Below are positions 59,318 to 64,000 of a stretch of 64,000 bases of DNA, in pieces (within the stretch, counting starts at the first letter, position 1; each line of letters starts with the position of its first letter). The stretch is taken from positions 2,176,001 through 2,240,000 of the forward strand of contig OZ244621.1 of assembly GCA_965218425.1 (NCBI GenBank), written 5' to 3'. The DNA comes from an uncultured Candidatus Binatia bacterium. Lineage in GTDB: Bacteria > Desulfobacterota > Binatia > UBA9968 > CAXXLF01. The notes under the pieces are model-generated. The model saw only the letters and a list, made by a program, of their open reading frames with translations. It was not told the DNA's origin and did no database searches. The position numbers were made by a program, and so were the translations under genes.

Positions 59318-59500
59318 GTGAAGCCGCAGGCCACCACGCAGGGACAGTTCAGGACGGAGTTGGTGGGGCATGGATTGTGGGAGCGGGTGTTGGGGGAGGT
59401 AAATAGGCAATTGGAGTTGAAGGGGGTGGTCATAACCGTAGGGCGGCGAAAAAAACCGGAAATGGCGGGGCCTGGCGGGAAGTGGTTTTATCCGGGTTGA
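59318..59500 (+). pseudogene. IS5-family transposase fragment
   Basis: FRTELVGHGLWERVLGEVNRQLELKGVVI.VG segment typical of IS5 transposases; no DDE residues. Confidence 0.55.
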
Positions 59501-59730
59501 AGTGGGTTGATGCGGGTTGAAGCTATTGTTTTTCCTGTTCCGGTTTTTTTCGCCGCCCTACAGCAGATCAATATCATGGAGGCCACGCCGGAGGAGGCGG
59601 CCCAATGAGGTTCGTTAAAGTTTTGCCGAAGTCGTAATCGGCCTCCTTGACATCGCGGTCGATCCGACATATTTTAATGCCGTTTTTCGCTCGAGACGTT
59701 CCCATAGACCGTCTTGGGAAAGGGGCGCTG

Positions 59731-60161
59731 ATGGATGTGACCAAGCGGATCATCGGTATATCTCTCATCGCCGTTGGGGTTGTGGTGGCGGTCCACATGA
59801 TCGTCGAGCCGCTGTATCACGTTTCCAGCGAAGCCAACCCATACAGCCCGGTTTGGAGCGTCATTGACTACTTCATGGCACTGGCGGTCGTGCTGGGCGC
59901 GATATTCAGCTGCATCCGCAAATAAGCGTCGGCCGCGACGGCGGCGCGCCGGTCACCCGCGAGTTCCTGGCGGCCAACACGCTGTTCTACGGTTTCCTGT
60001 TCGTGGGCATCCTGTTCTTCTGGAACTGGTTCAACCTCCTGAGTCCCGCTTTTACCGCAGTGGGGCCGGACGCCGTCTCCCTCGTGTGGGGGTTCATAGA
60101 CGCCGCGCTCCCGCTGCTCTTGGGCGCCATGGGCCTATCCCTGCTGAGGGGCGACAGCTAA
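59731..60161 (+). pseudogene. Frameshifted 4-TM membrane protein
   Basis: MDVTKRIIGISLIAVG...CIRK then a 1-nt shift near 59922 to SVGRDGGAPVTREFLAANTLFYGFLFVGILFFWNWF...LLRGDS*. Confidence 0.65.
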
Positions 60162-60501
60162 GCCGGCGTTTCCTCGCTATCTGCCTGGCCGGTCAACGAT
60201 CGGCCGAGAATTCATGGGCCGGTCACTTATCTCGAATCAGATGGGACCTCTTCTGCTAAGCCTCGAGGTCTTACTCAAGATTCCGGACGACACCCTCGAC
60301 GAGACCGGAAATCGCATTTACCTGAACGACGGTGCGAAGGCTGAAGTTATCGCGAGGAGTGTCTATGCGCTGTTGAAGCCGGTCGCGGAAATCGCGTTCG
60401 AAGCGCAACCGTCACTCCGATCTTGCGATAAATCGCGTTAACCATTATTCTGTTATTGCGTGCGTCTCGGGAAGTATCTTTAAATAACGGGAGGAATAGC
60501 C

Positions 60502-61929
60502 ATGAGTAACCGAACCTGTTTTTACATCAACGGCAAATGGGTCGAACCGTCGACAAGCAAGACTTTGGACGTCATCAATCCCGCTACGGAGAAATCCATC
60601 GGCCCCGTCGCCATGGGCGGCAAGGAAGACGTGGACAAGGCCGTCGCTGCGGCGGCAGCCGCCTTCGACTCCTATTCGCAGACGTCGCGCGAAGAACGAG
60701 TCGAGCTGCTGGAAAAGGTCGTTGACCGGTTCAAGGCTCGGATCGGCGACGTCGCCGCGACGATCAGCGAAGAGATGGGCGCCCCGGCAAGTCTCGCCCA
60801 CGCGGCGCAGGCCCCCATGGGATTGGGTCACTTTGTGACGATGCTCGACGTCCTGCGCGAGTTCGAATTCGAAGAAGACCTCGGCTCTTCTCACGTCATA
60901 CGCGAGCCGATAGGCGTATGTGGATTCATCACTCCATGGAATTGGCCGCTCAATCAGATCGGGTGCAAAGTGGCGCCGGCGTTGGCGGCGGGCTGCACCA
61001 TGGTGCTGAAGCCGTCGGAATTCGCTCCGTTCAATGCCATTGTGTTTGCCGAGATCCTCGATGCCGCCGGCGTGCCCCCGGGCGTGTTCAATCTCGTCAA
61101 CGGCGACGGTCCGACGGTGGGAGTTCTTCTCTCCTCTCACCCCGACATCGATATGGTCTCGTTTACCGGCTCGACGCGGGCGGGCATCGAGGTGGCTCGA
61201 AATGCCGCGCCCACGATCAAGCGGGTGGCGCAAGAGCTGGGCGGCAAGTCCGCCAATATCATCCTCGACGACGCCGATTTCCAGAAAGCCATCGCCCGCG
61301 ACGTCTCCAGCATGTGCATGAACTCGGGGCAATCCTGCATCGCGCCGTCCCGAATGCTGGTGCCGAAGTCACGCATGGACGAGGCGGCGGCCATCGCCAA
61401 GGCGGCCGCTGAAAAGGTGAAGGTGGGCGACCCCAACGCCGCCGATACCACCATCGGTCCGGTGGTCTCGGAGCTGCAGTTCAACCGGATTCAAAGTCTG
61501 ATCCGGGCCGGTATCGAAGAAGGAGCGAAGCTGGAGACCGGTGGGGCCGGCCGTCCGGACGGCTTGAACGTCGGCTACTACGTGAAACCGACGGTTTTCT
61601 CGCACGTATCGAACGACATGTCGATTGCCCGGCAGGAAATCTTCGGTCCGGTGCTGTCTCTGATCGGCTATGCGGATGAGGACGAGGCCGTGAAAATCGC
61701 CAACGACACGGTCTATGGGTTGTCCGGCTATATATCCACGGGCGATCCCGAACGCGCCCGGGCTGTCGCGCGCCGGATCCGGAGCGGAAACGTTTACATC
61801 AACGGAGCCCCCCTGGAAAGCAAGGCGCCGTTCGGCGGATACAAGCAGTCCGGGAACGGCCGGGAGTGGGGGCAATACGGCCTCGAGGAATTTCTCGAAG
61901 TCAAAGCGATCATGGGCTTCAACGGCTAG
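60502..61929 (+). CDS. NAD(P)-dependent aldehyde dehydrogenase (CddD/AldA-like)
   Basis: ITPWNWP, LKPSE, SFTGST, QELGGKS, NSGQSC, EIFGPV, PFGGYKQSGNGRE. Confidence 0.94.
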   Translation: MSNRTCFYINGKWVEPSTSKTLDVINPATEKSIGPVAMGGKEDVDKAVAAAAAAFDSYSQTSREERVELLEKVVDRFKARIGDVAATISEEMGAPASLAHAAQAPMGLGHFVTMLDVLREFEFEEDLGSSHVIREPIGVCGFITPWNWPLNQIGCKVAPALAAGCTMVLKPSEFAPFNAIVFAEILDAAGVPPGVFNLVNGDGPTVGVLLSSHPDIDMVSFTGSTRAGIEVARNAAPTIKRVAQELGGKSANIILDDADFQKAIARDVSSMCMNSGQSCIAPSRMLVPKSRMDEAAAIAKAAAEKVKVGDPNAADTTIGPVVSELQFNRIQSLIRAGIEEGAKLETGGAGRPDGLNVGYYVKPTVFSHVSNDMSIARQEIFGPVLSLIGYADEDEAVKIANDTVYGLSGYISTGDPERARAVARRIRSGNVYINGAPLESKAPFGGYKQSGNGREWGQYGLEEFLEVKAIMGFNG

Positions 61930-61950
61930 CGGATCGCCGGAGAGAAAGGA

Positions 61951-62283
61951 ATGGAGCTCGTCGAAGAACGGCAAGGGGATGTCTGCCTCCTCCGCGTCAT
62001 CGGAAGAGCGGAGGGTCCCGCGTCGAAGGACCTGGAGGAAAAGATCCTATCGCTCATTGCGGCGGGCCGGGAAAAGCTGGTGATCGACTTGTCCCGGCTC
62101 GACTACGTCGGCAGCATGGGCCTGCGCGCATTCCTCCTGGCCTCCAGGCGCGTGGACGAGGCGAAAGGCAAGTTGGTGCTTTGCTCCCTCCAGGACGCGG
62201 TCAGGCAGATATTCGATCTCGCGGGTTTCTCTTCTTACCTTACCATTGCGGGCTCCACGGAAGAAGCCGTCAAGATGATATAA
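61951..62283 (+). CDS. STAS-domain anti-sigma-factor antagonist
   Basis: LVIDLSRLDYVGSMGLRAFL, VRQIFDLAGF. Confidence 0.85.
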   Translation: MELVEERQGDVCLLRVIGRAEGPASKDLEEKILSLIAAGREKLVIDLSRLDYVGSMGLRAFLLASRRVDEAKGKLVLCSLQDAVRQIFDLAGFSSYLTIAGSTEEAVKMI

Positions 62284-62409
62284 CCGCGGTAACTTCAGAC
62301 TCTTGCTTCCGGCGTGACTTTGTGCGCGATCGTCCGACCCGGCTATTGACACGCCGGCAACGTGTTGGGTAGACTCAACGGCTGCTGAGGTAGGAAGGAA
62401 GAAGGTACA

Positions 62410-62673
62410 ATGACGGAACGCAAGAAAACAGTGAAAGACCTGCGAGGCCAATCTGTGAGTGGCGTCGTTGTCGGCATAGCCGAATCTGTCGAGCGGTTCA
62501 GTGTGATAACTCTTGAGGACGGAACGATCCTGAAGACCAAGCTGACCGCGATTGAGGCCATCCGCCTAGACGGCCAGTGGGACAGTGACGGCAACCCGGT
62601 ATATAACCTCAGGAGTCAGAACATCGTGGTTATCGATGAATCGCCGGAGAAACTCAAAAAGAAGGTCCCGTAA
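62410..62673 (+). CDS. Small beta-rich hypothetical protein
   Basis: ERFSVITLEDGTILKTK...DGNPVY; purine-rich RBS; first gene of a tight three-gene run. Confidence 0.7.
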   Translation: MTERKKTVKDLRGQSVSGVVVGIAESVERFSVITLEDGTILKTKLTAIEAIRLDGQWDSDGNPVYNLRSQNIVVIDESPEKLKKKVP

Positions 62674-62684
62674 AGTCGGGTAAA

Positions 62685-63332
62685 ATGGAAGCCGAGTTTC
62701 CGGTGGAAGCCGAGTTTGACGCCTACGTTGACGACCTCTCGTCGATGTCCGAAGCCTTTCCCGATATCCGTGTGGGATATGAAGCCAGGGGACAGTCCTG
62801 GGGGAAAGAAATGAGTTACCTTACGGAGGTCGGCAGGCGCCATAATATTAATACAAGCCAACAACAGCATGCCGTCGTAAAGGATGACACGTCGTTCGTG
62901 CTGCTGGTGAAGCAATGGCACGCGGAGGGAGGGGTCCCGTCGTCACTTTCAGACATGATCCTGTGTCCTTCGTACCCCGGGAAGATCGTCAAGTGCCATA
63001 CGATAAGTACGAACCAACAGCAACGTGCCGTCGTGAAGGATGACAATTCGTTCGTGCGACTGGTGGAGCAATGGCGCGTGGAGAGAGGGGCCAAGTCGTC
63101 ACTTTCAGACATGATTCTGTGTCCTTCGTACCTCCGGATTATCGGGATGGGCGAAGAAGCGCTTCCGCTGGTGCTGAGGCAGCTCAAAAGCGAGGGCGAC
63201 GATCCCGACCATTGGTTTACCGCTCTCGAGGCCATAACGGGCCAGGACCCGGTTCCGAAAGACGCTTATGGAGACACGGTAAAAATGGCTGAGGCGTGGC
63301 TTCTGTGGGCGAAAGAGAATAATGTCCGGTAG
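62685..63332 (+). CDS. Hypothetical helical protein with an internal 52-aa-period duplication
   Basis: C-terminal SSLSDMILCPSYLRIIGMGEEALPLVL...HWFTALEAITGQDP...AWLLW; duplicated segment. Confidence 0.72.
   Translation: MEAEFPVEAEFDAYVDDLSSMSEAFPDIRVGYEARGQSWGKEMSYLTEVGRRHNINTSQQQHAVVKDDTSFVLLVKQWHAEGGVPSSLSDMILCPSYPGKIVKCHTISTNQQQRAVVKDDNSFVRLVEQWRVERGAKSSLSDMILCPSYLRIIGMGEEALPLVLRQLKSEGDDPDHWFTALEAITGQDPVPKDAYGDTVKMAEAWLLWAKENNVR
62839..63132 (+). repeat. Diverged tandem duplication with a 156-bp period
   Basis: 62839-62976 vs 62995-63132, sharing for example GTCGTCACTTTCAGACATGATnCTGTGTCCTTCGTACC. Confidence 0.9.
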
Positions 63333-63777
63333 TCCATGGCCCGAACATCTGCCGAGCCTTGCTTCTCAAAATCACCGCATAACAAGCCCCCCTGCAAACC
63401 GCTACAATGGTATCGCTTGGGCCGCCGGTTCCAGCGCTCGCTGGTGGTGGCCGTCGGCGAAGGGGTTCTGGCCCCGGGGCGTCCCCAGAGCGGAAACTCT
63501 GTCCGCGTTCTTGGCCGCGTTCAGAACGCTTGGATATAAGGAATGCCGGGACGGCGCGTTGGAGGAAGAGTGCGAAAAGGTGGCGCTGTTCGCCGGAAAA
63601 GACCTCAAGCCCACACATGCGGCGAGGCAACTGCGCGATGGACGGTGGACCAGCAAGCTCGGCCCCTTGGAACAGATTGAGCATGTGAAGGTAGAGGACG
63701 TGAGCGGACCGAGTTACGGAAACCCGGTTCGGTTTATGCGGCGCGCCGGCGGCCCGACGGGCGAAACAAGCAGGTAA
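63322..63777 (+). CDS. DUF7689-like papain-fold protein with the Cys position read as Gly
   Basis: ITSP...YNGIAWAAG, WWWP, EKVALF, THAARQL, WTSKLG, EH, YG; overlaps the upstream stop. Confidence 0.65.
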   Translation: MSGSPWPEHLPSLASQNHRITSPPANRYNGIAWAAGSSARWWWPSAKGFWPRGVPRAETLSAFLAAFRTLGYKECRDGALEEECEKVALFAGKDLKPTHAARQLRDGRWTSKLGPLEQIEHVKVEDVSGPSYGNPVRFMRRAGGPTGETSR

Positions 63778-63783
63778 GCGAAC

Positions 63784-64000
63784 GTGGCCTTGAACAAGAC
63801 CCTGTATCTGGCCAACCCCTATGGCTTCTCCGCGCAGCAGCGCGAAGGGCCGCTGACGGCGCTCGCGGCGGCCCTGGCGGCCATGGGCGCGGAGGTATGG
63901 GAGCCGTTCGCCCGCAACAACCAGATCGACCGGGCGAGCTCCGGCTGGGCCTACCGGATCGGGCAGGCCGACCTTCGCGACGTGCGCGGCGCGGACGGGC
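63784..64000 (+). CDS. Nucleoside 2-deoxyribosyltransferase-family protein (runs off the right edge)
   Basis: LNKTLYLANPYGFS...VWEPFARNNQID...WAYRIGQADLRDVRGADG. Confidence 0.75.
   Translation, partial: MALNKTLYLANPYGFSAQQREGPLTALAAALAAMGAEVWEPFARNNQIDRASSGWAYRIGQADLRDVRGADG

Noticed and set aside
60445..61974. Long antisense ORFs over the aldehyde dehydrogenase
   Set aside because: Typical stop-poor shadows of a high-GC gene, with no family motifs.

Overview
Bacterial window whose gene repertoire suggests a deltaproteobacterial or Binatota-like organism (inference, not a search result). All family calls come from motif recognition in the ORF track, without database searches. Two housekeeping blocks flank a mosaic accessory region. 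The left block (1-13.3 kb) holds a DUF507 pair, a peptidoglycan-recycling trio ending in mpl, rsmD-coaD-aminotransferase and Mrp/DUF971/DUF59 Fe-S genes. The right block (45.8-55.6 kb) holds tRNA-Pro, rpe-fmt-def-priA, a pilQ remnant and aroC-K-B-Q. The accessory region (about 13.4-45.8 kb) ends in a decayed excisionase/integrase module against the 3' end of tRNA-Pro(CGG) and carries three cargoes. (1) An aromatic/heterocycle catabolic block: an IS3-broken MFS, two LLM oxidoreductases, an amidohydrolase with an amber stop, a homogentisate-dioxygenase-like cupin, a second MFS and a UbiD with an altered catalytic triad. (2) A visibly AT-richer sulfate-ester block: TRAP transporter, two cytoplasmic aryl-sulfate sulfotransferases, a Thr-type sulfatase-fold enzyme, a HAD hydrolase, a PAPS-reductase-family protein lacking its redox Cys, and Sat. 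(3) The best candidate for a new system: a yahF/G/I/J/E-like (allFGHK-like) transcarbamylase-carbamate kinase operon with a cyanuric-acid-hydrolase-type AtzD in the middle and no biuret or allophanate hydrolase, suggesting ATP-yielding s-triazine/cyclic-ureide breakdown. The last 8 kb holds several pseudogenes and a GC-richer segment with an aldehyde dehydrogenase, a STAS protein and an uncharacterised three-gene module ending in a papain-like protein with a Cys-to-Gly change. Three complete IS elements, several long intergenic hairpins and a 3x29-bp RBS duplication are present. No CRISPR array or rRNA was seen.
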